Assembly: GCA_048013815.1 (NCBI GenBank)
Contig: CM106586.1
Location: forward strand, 23,560,001-23,624,000
Reading direction: 5' to 3'
DNA length: 64,000 nt
Source of the DNA: Setoptus koraiensis
Taxonomy: Eukaryota > Animalia > Arthropoda
Positions 10,646-21,146 of the stretch are shown here, one piece after another. The notes under the pieces are model-generated. The model searched no databases. It was given only the letters and a program-made list of their open reading frames with translations, and was not told where the DNA came from. Numbering within the stretch: the first letter of the stretch is position 1; every line of letters starts with the position of its first letter. A program made the translations under genes and the position numbers.

Positions 10646-11992
10646 ATGTTTAAGGCACCAGACAAGACGCTCGATTTTCATAACAAGCAAATCGGTGAGT
10701 TTCATATAATCGTGAGATTAATTTATCCAGATCCCGTATTGGGGGTGGCTCTATTATATTCACCCACAATGTTAGAGATAAACCACGCGGAACAATAGAG
10801 ACTATCAATATTTATCTTATCAACACCACATACTCACACCATGCCTACCCTCCTATTTGTCTCAAACAACAACATAATCATTGCCAGGTCCATCATCTAA
10901 ATTTTCTTTTTCTGCCAAATTTTGTCCCTCGCAAAACTATCCATTTAAATTCAAAAATATAGCTGACATAGCGATGGGTCAGAGATGCAAAAACAAATCA
11001 AGATCGTCGGCCTACATCCTGACGTCCCCACTGGGGCATGTCTATACTAACGCCTGTCCCGATGGTTTGCATTGTGTTAGGTACGACTCAACACTCTGAC
11101 CACTTAACTCAATGCACATCAAAATATGCCAAAATCAAAATGCTCATAACTGATTGCTCCTGGTCAAACATATAAACTTTCCACTACATATACATTCGAA
11201 TATCATCAAACTATGACTAACAATAACCCAACACAAACTCTGCTCTTCCTTCCCTCGTTTCTCTCCATCTTCTATGACATTGTAATTAATATTATTAGAC
11301 TCTACGGCGATGCGGACTACGACAAGATTGACTGGGATACAAAGGTTGACTTTATCAGAGCGTCAAGTCTAATGGAGAGCAATCCGCATGCAAAGCGTCT
11401 TAAAAAATGGTTACAAGCATATTTTGACAACGCGCCTCGTTGCGAAGAGATTGAACTAGATCTTTGTTGTTTAGATCTTTATGGAGACTTTAACTCAAAT
11501 ATTTGGAAAAATCTAAGGGACCACTGCCCACCAGGACAATTGATCAGCTACAGCGAGTTAGCTCAGAAGGCAGGACTGTCAGCAGGAGCCAGTAAAGTGG
11601 TGGGTTATGCCATTAACAAGAACCCGTTTTCTCTGGTTGTTGGGGATCATCGAGTTGTGACATCGAAGGGTGAAATCGTCTGGTGCGACGATTCCCAGCG
11701 CAACAAGCTCCGTCGGCTACTGGTGGATCATGAGATTTCATTTCTAGACAACACTGATGTTGAGACTGAATTGGGCAAAGTGAGAGACAGATGTAAGACC
11801 AAAGCTGCTACCAGGAAGCGAGCGCCTAAAGAAGAGTCCAAGCCCAAGGCAAGGGCCTCCTCCAAGACAGCAAAGTCCAGTTTGAAGAGGAAGAAGACCG
11901 GACCAGCTAAGAAGGCAAAGAAGAGTAAGAAGGATACGTCAAGTGAAGAGGAGGCGGACAGCTTAGCGGAGGACAGCGAAGAGTCGGACTAA
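10646..11992 (+). CDS. MGMT: O6-alkylguanine-DNA alkyltransferase (MGMT/AGT) family protein lacking the catalytic Cys; predicted exons 10646-10694, 10972-11080, 11299-11992 (alternative start ATG 10974)
   Basis: Exon 2 MGQRC..LTSPLGHVYTNACPDGLHCVR resembles the AGT N-domain (human LDSPLGKLELSGCEQGLH). Exon 3 has ISYSELAQKAG..ASKVVGYAINKNPFSLVVGDHRVV..LLVDHE (HTH, Asn hinge, active-site region). GT-AG junctions keep the frame (GTGAGT 10695, GTACGA 11081, acceptors ending 10971 and 11298). Confidence 0.85.
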
Positions 11993-12163
11993 TTAACTAT
12001 CGTGCCTCGAAGAAATTTATTCTCATGTTTTGTTGTATAGACTCTGGATAAGCGACACCATTGTAGAACAATGACTCTGGCCAACCTACCAATCTACCTC
12101 ATGTGTTTGTTACTGTATTATTGTTCGAGTATCTCGACAATCTGATCGCCGCATATCACTGCC

Positions 12164-12169
12164 AATAAA
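12164..12169 (+). terminator. Candidate polyadenylation signal of the MGMT-like gene
   Basis: AATAAA ~170 nt after the stop codon. Confidence 0.5.
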
Positions 12170-12581
12170 CAAAAAGTATATTCTAGACAACGACGAAACA
12201 GTCACTTCGATTATTCATTTCACTTCTTTATTTAGTGCTGTATCAATGGTGTAGATGTGAAAGTTAGTCATGTTTAGTTTAACCCTTGCCTCACCAAAAT
12301 AATTTGACATTGAGAAATTGAGTGACTCTTTCTCGCTTCAAAAGTGGCGCTCTTAAGCGTTACGCATGTCAGAGCTGTCCGATGACGAATCATAGAAGCC
12401 TCAATTGAACGATGTTTCTGCGCACGAGTGGAATATCAACGAGTCTTGTCTGTGTGTCTGTTTGTCTGTAGCAGTTGTAGAAAATCATTGTTGTGGTTAT
12501 CATTGGTCAAACATAACAATAAACATTGTTATTATTATTCAATTATCCAATTATACAGACAATATAAACAGTGTAAACAAC

Positions 12582-12980
12582 ATGTCTACAACAAGCCAAA
12601 AACACCAAAATTTCGTGGGCGAACCCATGGGCGACAAGCCTGTCACGGACCTAGCCGGATTAGGATCCACCCTCGGCAAGAGATTGCACGATCAAGGATT
12701 TGACAAGGTGGGTAAATTTGAAAATAATGATAGTAAAATAATAACTAAACACCCAGTAGGTGTTTGCATTTAGTGATCAATTTATAATTGATATTAATAC
12801 CATAATATGCTTTCTTCAATACAAAACACACAGGCTTACACCGTTCTAGGACAATTCTTAGTCCTAAAAAAGAATGAGGAATTATTCATTGAATGGCTCA
12901 AGGATGCGTGCGGGGCCAATACCAAACAGGCCAAGGACTGTGCCACGTGCCTTACCGAATGGACAGAACAATTTCTGTAA
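12582..12980 (+). CDS. BANF1: Barrier-to-autointegration factor, 90 aa; exons 12582-12707 and 12834-12980
   Basis: [42 protein letters not shown]|[48 protein letters not shown]. Phase-0 126-nt GT-AG intron; matches the BAF consensus over the full length. Confidence 0.97.
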
Positions 12981-13021
12981 ATACTCATCATACATACAAA
13001 CACCAATATGATAATTATTAT

Positions 13022-13027
13022 AATAAA
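13022..13027 (+). terminator. Candidate polyadenylation signal of BAF
   Basis: AATAAA 42 nt after the BAF stop and 3 nt before the HADHB stop on the opposite strand. Confidence 0.55.
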
Positions 13028-13029
13028 GA

Positions 13030-14478
13030 TTATTGCGGATAACGCTCTATTAGCATGGCGTGTCCGTGAGCACCTGCTGCACAAGCGGCTACAATCGCAA
13101 ATTGACCTCCCTCTTTTATTAGCCTATTAGCGGCTGTTGTAACCAATCTGATGCCAGTGGCTCCAAAGGGATGACCAATCGACAACGAGCCGCCCCACAG
13201 GTTAAATTTCGATAAATCTGGGCTTCCAATTTTCTCCTTCACTCCTACATAGTTTTTCATAAAATGATCACAATCCATGGCTTTCAAATTGGACAATATC
13301 TGGCCAGCGAATGCCTCATGAAACTCAAAAACGTCTATATCTTTCAAATTGAGGCCTGCTCTGTTAAGTAGTCTTGGCGTAGCGTATGCAGGGCCGAGCA
13401 AACACTCGTCTTTCGGATCGGCAGATGTGTACAAGAATTGACGTAGGTATGCCTTCGGTTTGAGTCCCAACTGTTTTGCTTTCTCCTCTGTCATTATCAA
13501 ACAAGCCGATGCACCATCGGTAAGGAATGAAGCATTGGCCGCCGTGACAGTTCCATGGGGTTTGACAAAGGCCGGCTTTAAGTTGGACATTTTGTCGATT
13601 GATGTAGGTCGAATGCCGTTATCACGGTCAATAACACCTTTCTTAGGCACATTAACTGGCTCGATATCAACGAGGGAGCCGTCTTTTGTTGCCTTATCCG
13701 CCAGTTGATGCGATCTGAGTGCGTACTCGTCTTGTTCGCGTCTGCTGACTTTAAATGATGCGGCTAATCTGTCACCTGAATGTCCCATGGTCTCGTTAGA
13801 GGAGAACTCGGCAACTGCTGGCAATTCTATAAAGTTGGCCAAATTTTTCATTCCAAATGAGCGCAAAACACCAAGCCTTTGTCCGAGTGTTTTGGTCTTG
13901 TTAAGTCTAAGCAACAGTTTTCTATTCATTCGTGAGAGTTTAATTGGCACGTCGGACATTGTTTCAACTCCGCCACAAATGACCACATCATATAGGCCAC
14001 TGTGTATGTAACCAATGGCTGATGTAATAGCTTGATTAGATGATATACATGCCTGAGTTACAGTATGAGCTGGCACTTTAATGGGGAAACCGGCCGATAA
14101 TAGGGCCTCTCTGGCAATGTTCGAGGTTCGGCCCTCCTGGAGAACGGTACCACAAACAATATAGTCAACTAGATTTTTGTCTATGCCAGTTCGTTTAACC
14201 AGCGCCATGAGAGCCAATCTTTGTAGCTCATAGGCCATAAGATCGGTGTAGCCCGTCATTGATTGTAAGAAGGGCGTTCTAACTCCATCCACCAGAACAA
14301 TGTTTTTTAATGCGTGTGTTTGTTGCTGTTGGGGCTTAGCTTGGGTAGCCGTTGCAAAGGAGTGCTGCTGTTGCTGATTACTATTAGTAGCAACTAGTGC
14401 CTTGGACATGAGGTTGCCATGATTGCATTGTAGTGTCTGGACGTGGCCCCTGATTGGCTTCGACACTAATCGGAACAT
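13030..14478 (-). CDS. HADHB: Mitochondrial trifunctional enzyme beta subunit (long-chain 3-ketoacyl-CoA thiolase), 482 aa, intronless CDS
   Basis: N-terminal Arg/Lys-rich, acid-free presequence. [12 protein letters not shown] start; catalytic Cys in TQACISSNQ; HEAF motif typical of the TFE-beta thiolase; GHPFGATG; C-terminal CAAG. Confidence 0.97.
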   Translation of the reverse strand: MFRLVSKPIRGHVQTLQCNHGNLMSKALVATNSNQQQQHSFATATQAKPQQQQTHALKNIVLVDGVRTPFLQSMTGYTDLMAYELQRLALMALVKRTGIDKNLVDYIVCGTVLQEGRTSNIAREALLSAGFPIKVPAHTVTQACISSNQAITSAIGYIHSGLYDVVICGGVETMSDVPIKLSRMNRKLLLRLNKTKTLGQRLGVLRSFGMKNLANFIELPAVAEFSSNETMGHSGDRLAASFKVSRREQDEYALRSHQLADKATKDGSLVDIEPVNVPKKGVIDRDNGIRPTSIDKMSNLKPAFVKPHGTVTAANASFLTDGASACLIMTEEKAKQLGLKPKAYLRQFLYTSADPKDECLLGPAYATPRLLNRAGLNLKDIDVFEFHEAFAGQILSNLKAMDCDHFMKNYVGVKEKIGSPDLSKFNLWGGSLSIGHPFGATGIRLVTTAANRLIKEGGQFAIVAACAAGAHGHAMLIERYPQ

Positions 14479-14922
14479 GCTGATAATCTATTTATATTTC
14501 TGCGCGGGACTAGGCCTGAATGGTTGGAATGGCGATGATAAAATACAAAGTAAATAGATTACTAAATATAATTGATATTGAAATAATCCGGTGTATATAT
14601 TTTAAAAAAATAATAATATGTAATAATAGTGCAGTGTTAGACAATTGGTTCAAATGGAGTGGTGATATTTTCCAATGTTGATCGGCACAACAACTGTGTA
14701 CAGCTCACAACAGAGAAACGCATCTATCCCATTGCGAGGCGAGCATGCTCAGAAGTGGCAATCGAGTTTTGAGACAGTCGCAATTTTGCGTACTCACTAA
14801 TATAAAGCTCACCATCCAGTATATCCAGTTCACAGTAATACCATCGGATTGGCATCGTATATAGTTACATCTCGATCTTGCCACTTCTAAACTGCTTACA
14901 GTCTTGCCAAAACTAGCTACAG

Positions 14923-15642
14923 GCGGGTGCGGCAATCAAGTATGGCAGTTTCTACTGTTTGGGCCACTGTTGTTTTCTAAAATGCATTGTGACCACTCAT
15001 GCTGGCACAGAATGTGCGTAAGCACAACATCTATCGAACATTCACCACTGGTTCGGCGAGCAAACATTTAACACTGACGAAACCTGCACAGGCACGCTCT
15101 CGTGCACATTCTGTGCCAACTTGAACGTGGGTGCCAGCAACAAGCACCCAAATACTATCTGATAGTACAGTATCATGATAGGCTGTTTGATCGTCACATC
15201 ATTGTTGCATATTTGCTCTAATGATTGCTGTAATGGTCTACGTCCACTATGTTATCCACAAAAGCGAATGAATATCCATGCGATGCACACACATTCACGA
15301 GATACAACGAGAATACTCAGGGCCAGAGGGCGCTCCGAGTCCTGTGTGAAATTAATTACGTAATGCTATCAACAATTAAGAGTCTGTCAACAACAACAAA
15401 TCGTCACACTAGCAAACAAACAAACGAAGAATTGCCAGAAAGGCTACCGAGACCCCAAGATGGACCTGTTCACGGATGCCGAACCGAACAATTCCAGTGG
15501 CCAATCTAATATAGCTACGACTCAGAAGGGGCTCGCAGGCAATTCGAGATGTCGTGCTTCCATCAAGCAAGCAATGAATGAGACAAAGGCTCCTTCCGGA
15601 AATTCATCATTATTTGAGCTATTTCAGATACTTGGCTACTAA
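14923..15642 (+). other. Tentative spliced orphan ORF (exons 14923-15017, 15092-15126, 15265-15359, 15430-15642; 5' end missing)
   Basis: Four GT-AG-bounded segments join into one open 145-codon Cys-rich frame; the first intron has GTAAGC..CACTGAC..CAG. No family recognised and the model was assembled by hand. Confidence 0.2.
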
Positions 15643-15668
15643 AATCTGAGGAGCATGTTTCACGGTTG

Positions 15669-16681
15669 TTTGTCGTAAACAGCGATAAGCAGCTTGTCAC
15701 TGGCGTAGTTGGCGTCGTGAGAAGATTCTTTGGTCATTCTTTGGTCATGCTAACTGACGAGTCACAAAGCGAGACAACCGACGAAACTGCAAACTGACCC
15801 CTTCGTACCGCATTGGGCAACTTCTTCTGGCCTTCTCCTTCAGCACACTCTGCCTTGCAAGTCTGGCTAGCTGACCGGCTGGGCTAAAAGTGTTGACCGT
15901 GCCACCGCCGCCGCCATAGTCACCACTGCCAATGCTATCACCACAACTGTCAACTGCATGCTTGTTATGCAATGTTACGCAACAACAATTCAAACAATTC
16001 AAACAACAAGGTAGAAAGATAACAATGATGATGAGCAATATATCATTTTAACCGTTTTATGGCCTGATACTGCACCTTCGTTTTTTTGCTTGTGACAACA
16101 ACTATCTGTACTGTTGTTGCTAGTTGACAATCTCATCACCAACTGCAAACAACAACGAGGTGACGAATGTTTGTTCCTGTTGCCAATTACACAATTACGC
16201 AATGACGCACCGACACGGTGACATGGCGCAGTTTTGCTGGTTGAAATTTGAAAAAAAAAACTGCTGCATTTGTAAAGTGCGCTGTTAATAATAATGATAA
16301 TAATGTTTTTTCATCTCAAACTATATCGCAAACTGGTGCATGGTCAATGTCGGCGCCCAAGTGGCGCTAATTAACTGGCGAGTCAAAACTGCTAATTGTT
16401 TTGTCACTTGTCATTGAGTTGGCTCGGCCCAGCTACAAATGGCAAGCATGCAAGATACTGCAACCTTACAACTGAGCTTATTGCGAGAATCGTCGGACTG
16501 CAAGAATTGCTTGCAAGACATCATGGCGTCTTGCTAGTCTTGCCGGTGTGCAAGAGTGCAACTGGCAACAACAACATACAGCTACTGGTTGCATCGTCTT
16601 AATTGGCTCATTTCGGTGATCTAAGTGTCCTTCGCACAAACTCAATATCGCCCGACTGACATTGTGTTGTTTGGTTAATCT
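15669..16681 (+). repeat. ~1-kb direct repeat R, copy 1 (partner 21147-22217)
   Basis: Base-by-base reading: ~500-bp core near-identical; flanks progressively more diverged. Confidence 0.95.
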
Positions 16682-17850
16682 GCATTGATTAGCAAGTTAG
16701 TCGGTTTTGTCTAAAAGGCTAGCAACGAAGAGAGAAAAAAATGAGTAAACAACGACAACATACAAATTTATGGTCTTGCGAGCTGCAACTTGTTGACCAT
16801 TTCAATTCCATAGGTGGCTCTGTCAACTTGTGCTTATTGTGATTAGTTGTTGCTGTTTGTGTCATACCATTACACATTCAACCTTCGTTATTATGTAATG
16901 ACTAATTGGCAGACAATCTATTCTCAGCCCTTGCTAACAAGATTGATAGTTGATATTCTGCTGATTAGTTTGATTGTGATTGGGACAACAAACACAATCA
17001 CAGGCACGCATAGGTCGCTCGCTAATTAGTGAGCTGGAACATTCATTTGTCGTTGGAATTTTGTCTGTCAAATTCACGATACCATACATGAAAGGCTGAA
17101 TTGTTTGTGTGTGTGTGTGTATTATAGATGGATATATAATCTTGTTAGCTAGCGTTAATTTGAAGTTTAGTTGAAAAAGAAGTTATTTATGGAAATCATA
17201 AGCGTGCGTGGTTGTTTTGAAGATTAATCCAAATCGCCAAATGGCACTGACTTTAAATCAAACAAATGAATGGATTTCTCCCTGAAAGATATGGTTTTCG
17301 TGACTCGAAACGAGCTAACAAAGCAACAATTTGATTGATTGATTACCTTTGTTTTTAACTACCAGTAACCAGCATTTTCAGCCCACACGTAACGCGAGAT
17401 AGATTTAGTTAGCGTGAATCATGCTCTAGTCGATCAAACATTTCCATATCTGGTGAGCTGTCGAAATCATTCTATCGCAAACCCGCGATTTTGTTACCCG
17501 ACCAAGTCGCATTGACGTGATCGTGGTACAAAACGTCACGCGTAGAAACTCAATAGTTGGAGCAAACGTAATAGTTCCGGTAGAAAAATAAAAATTCATA
17601 CTCGTGCCAGTTCACACCAATGGAAGTGCTGAAAACTCTCTATCCGACTCTCCATCCTCTCGCTCGAAGGTAGTGAGGGTGTCGGTGCTGGCATAAGGCG
17701 CCAGGGATCGTCAGCTTGCAAACTTTCCATGAAATGGTTGCAACGAAAGAGGGAGAGTTCATTTCGGAACTGAAATTACTTTTTCTCTGGGCTAGGTGAG
17801 TGAGTGAACTCAATTTGTGACTTTTGTGTAATCTGACACGGTAATCTTAT

Positions 17851-17885
17851 GGAAAACAAACTCGGAACTCCCGAGTTTGTTTTCC
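17851..17885. repeat. Perfect 15-bp inverted repeat with 5-nt loop
   Basis: GGAAAACAAACTCGG-AACTC-CCGAGTTTGTTTTCC. Confidence 0.9.
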
Positions 17886-18438
17886 CGAGTCGGGGCTCTA
17901 TTGGTCATGCAGACAATAAAACAATCACGTGATGATAGTTGCCAGAGTTCATTTTGCATGGCTCTTGTCGGCGAACAAGTGGACGGCCGTGCTCTAGATC
18001 GATCAACATTGCTCTCGACTCATCATTGTGTAATTGCCGCTAGTTAGATCATTCACCTAATACCTTTATGGCTCTGATTATGAGGGCCCCACAGAGCAGG
18101 TTGATATACGCTCGCTGTTACGATCGAATTATCTGGCCGGTATTAACCTGCCAGAGGATAGTGGGCTTATTTGGTTAGATAAATCAGTTATATCAGCAGA
18201 TTAAGACAACAATCATCTAATTGGTTGCTGGTCACCATGCATTGTTTGTTTACCTCCGGGCATAGATTGATTACATTAGTGCGGACGCGCCAATTTGCTA
18301 ATCAATTTGTGATAAATACGGAGAGCCGTATTTATCACTCGCTCAAGTTTTCAATCACTCATTTTAGCAGGCATCATTTGGCTGTTGGTGCATCATCCTT
18401 TGAATATTTGGCTAAGTGTTGTTAGGCAATTGACAATT

Positions 18439-20312
18439 ATGCACTTGTTATTGATCCATATCCAATGTCTATTAATGGCATCGCCGCTAGTTGCACAATG
18501 GGCCCAAGCAAATCTGTTCACCATAGATGGCCCGATCACTATTGGTTTGACTTTGGTGAGTATTTTGACAACTGATCATTTTAGACAAACACACAAAACT
18601 CAATCCAAAACTCACGCTTGCCAACAGCAAATGATAATTGTTCGTTTATTTTTGGTCTGACAGAACCAAATGCTGATATCGAGCGGCTTTGAGCCGCGTA
18701 CCTACGAGGTGGTGAGCCCCGACGGTTACATAACAACCGTCACCAGAATCGTCAATCCGAAGCAGCCCCATGTGGCCAACTCAACAACGGCGCCCACTGT
18801 TGTTATTCATCACGGCATCAGCGAGAACATAATCAGTCCGCAAATGGGCTTATGTTTCTACACTGAGGCAGAAGGAGCAGCGTCAACCCGAAATGCGACT
18901 TCTAAAACGAATTCTGGCCCCATGAGCCAGAATCTTTCTACTTGTTCGGACCAAAATCCATTGGACGATCTATTGGCCGGAGGGCTCAATTTGTCCATGA
19001 GCGGCTCGTCGGCTCATTTGAGGCGACACTCTTCAGCTCCGCAGTGCCTAATATTATATCTGAGCAACAACAATTATGACGTTTGGCTGTTCGAGGCCCG
19101 CGGAACGTCGCCCGGAACCACAAAGCACGTGAACAAATTCATCAAAAAATATGATTATTGGAATTACAACATCGAGGACCAGGCACTGAACGATGTGCCG
19201 GCGCAAATAGCAAAAGTGCAAGAGATAACTGGCAAAAAAAAGGTGGCCTACATTGGCTACAGTATATCCACTTCGTATATATTTATATTGTTGAGCATGA
19301 GGCCCGAATTCGAGCAAAATCTGAGCGCCGTTATTTGTGTGGCGCCCGTCGCAATCACCAGCCATGTTAGGGGCCTCGCCAGATTGGCGGCCAATTTGGT
19401 GCCGAAGCTGGGCAATTCTCTCAATGTTGTCAACATTCCCTTTGTTGGCTCACTCAAAGTAACTCGATTGATCAACGGTCTGCTGAGTGTTGTGTGCGAT
19501 TTACGTTGGGTCGCCACAACATTTTGTCGAGCCATCATTAATTCCATCTCGGGTCCGGACAATTTTCAGAATATTCTTGTGAGTATCTCATGCTGGACAG
19601 AAAAACAAAATCACTAACTGCGAGTAATAATTGCAACGTGTTTCTCATGTCCAAACGTCCAAATTGCCGACTTGTAAATCTAGACATCGCCGCTATTCGG
19701 GCACCTTCTGTCACCGACTAGCTTTAAAAGCTACTTGCATGCGGCTCAGTGGGCCGCCAATCCGGTCTCGTTCACCCGATACGACTACTACGATGAGCAA
19801 ATCAACAGGCGCCACTATGGTCAGGTATGACAAGATACGCTTCGTCTGGCTGATATCGATTACAACAATTGGAACAGTCCAAATATTAATAAATAATCAA
19901 TCGCAATCTGTCCGAAACTGTAATCCTGTCGCAACTGGCCACTAGCCACTCGCGCCCCAGTACAACATGACAAACATCAACACGGACCGGCTGATCCTGG
20001 TCAGATCCACAGGCAACGACTATCTGTCAAATAAGGAGGACCAAGAACAATTGATATCCCGCCTGCCCAGTGAGTTGCTCATGACATTTGCACATGAATT
20101 ATCCAGCTTTGTTCTTTTCAAAACATTCACTCAGTGTGACAATCAATTATTCAACGACTGCTCTGCTCTTTTCAGTGCCACTTTATGAGGACATAATTGT
20201 TCCGTCGAGCTATGACCATTTCAGTTTCTGGATCGCTCCGTCGTCATTCGAGCAAGTTGTCATACCGCTCAAAAACGCTCTAGACCGAATATACAAAGAA
20301 GGCATCGAATAG
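18439..20312 (+). CDS. Secreted acid-lipase-family alpha/beta hydrolase (lysosomal/gastric lipase-like); exons 18439-18555, 18664-19578, 19684-19824, 19946-20069, 20176-20312
   Basis: Hydrophobic signal-like N-terminus; YEVVSPDGYITTVTRI, VIHHG, NYDVWLFEARGT, YWNYNIEDQALNDVPA, nucleophile elbow AYIGYSIS, RYDYY..NRRHYGQ..PQYN, catalytic Asp (GND) and His (YDHFSF). Four 105-121 nt GT-AG introns all keep the frame. Confidence 0.9.
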
Positions 20313-20406
20313 CCAATTGGTGGCCACTCTATATGCGGCGCCAGAGAATTGGTGTGCGGATTGGATCTGGACAGCAGCAAATATCCCGGCGAAGATCTCA
20401 GATCCC

Positions 20407-20412
20407 AATAAA
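20407..20412 (+). terminator. Candidate polyadenylation signal of the lipase gene
   Basis: AATAAA ~95 nt after the stop codon. Confidence 0.5.
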
Positions 20413-21146
20413 AGATCAAACTAATTGCGCGGTATCTTGAGGCCAAAATCAGTGGGAGCAAGGCGGTGGACGCTCAAAGCTGCACATCCGAGTCTCGATG
20501 TAATCAAACCTCAATTCGATTTATATCATATTTATATCATATTTGATTTTAAATTATATGCCAGGCGCGCGAATTTCACTTTGCCCGACGATAGCTACTC
20601 AACGCGACGGTATTAATTGTAATTAATTGATTAATTACCATTGAGAGCACAACCATTGCGTTACGTGTCGTTCTCTCAATAGTCGACTCTGCTGAACGAG
20701 CCAACTCGATGACTCGACTTGAAATCGACGACTTTCGACTCGTATGACACGAGCCAGAGAAGATTTTCTAAAAATCTGACCCTGTGACGATGTTGCAAGT
20801 TGCTAGTGGCATGACCTGTGTCACTGCTAGTGACGAGACTCACTTGCACTCCAGTGACTAGAGGGCACTGTCACAAGCTGATGGCACCGCATCAACACTT
20901 CAACTGTTTGCTAACGAAGCGAGAAAAATCTCCGGCAAGTTTGCACACAATTGCATAACTTGTTGCCAGCTTGTCGGTGACGGCGAAAAGTCAGCAATTT
21001 TTATTTCGCCATATCCAGTATCATAATGGCATTATGCGCGTGTTAGAATACAAATTTTTCACAAAATGACCGGTCAGCTCAATAATTGTTGTACGCCAAA
21101 TGTCATGCTATGACAAGGCGCATCTCCTGTTGTTTGTCCGACAAAC

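Noticed and set aside
14999-15160. Spliced frame MLAQNVRTLSCTF resembling the TASK K2P channel N-terminus
   Set aside because: Needs a 3-aa gap, stops after 29 codons, and has no pore motif nearby. Treated as coincidence.
15745-16202. 97/95-aa and 67-aa ORFs duplicated in the R repeats as genes
   Set aside because: Their retention is explained by near-identity of the DNA. In the 97/95-aa pair, replacement changes outnumber the silent ones I found, and no family is recognisable.
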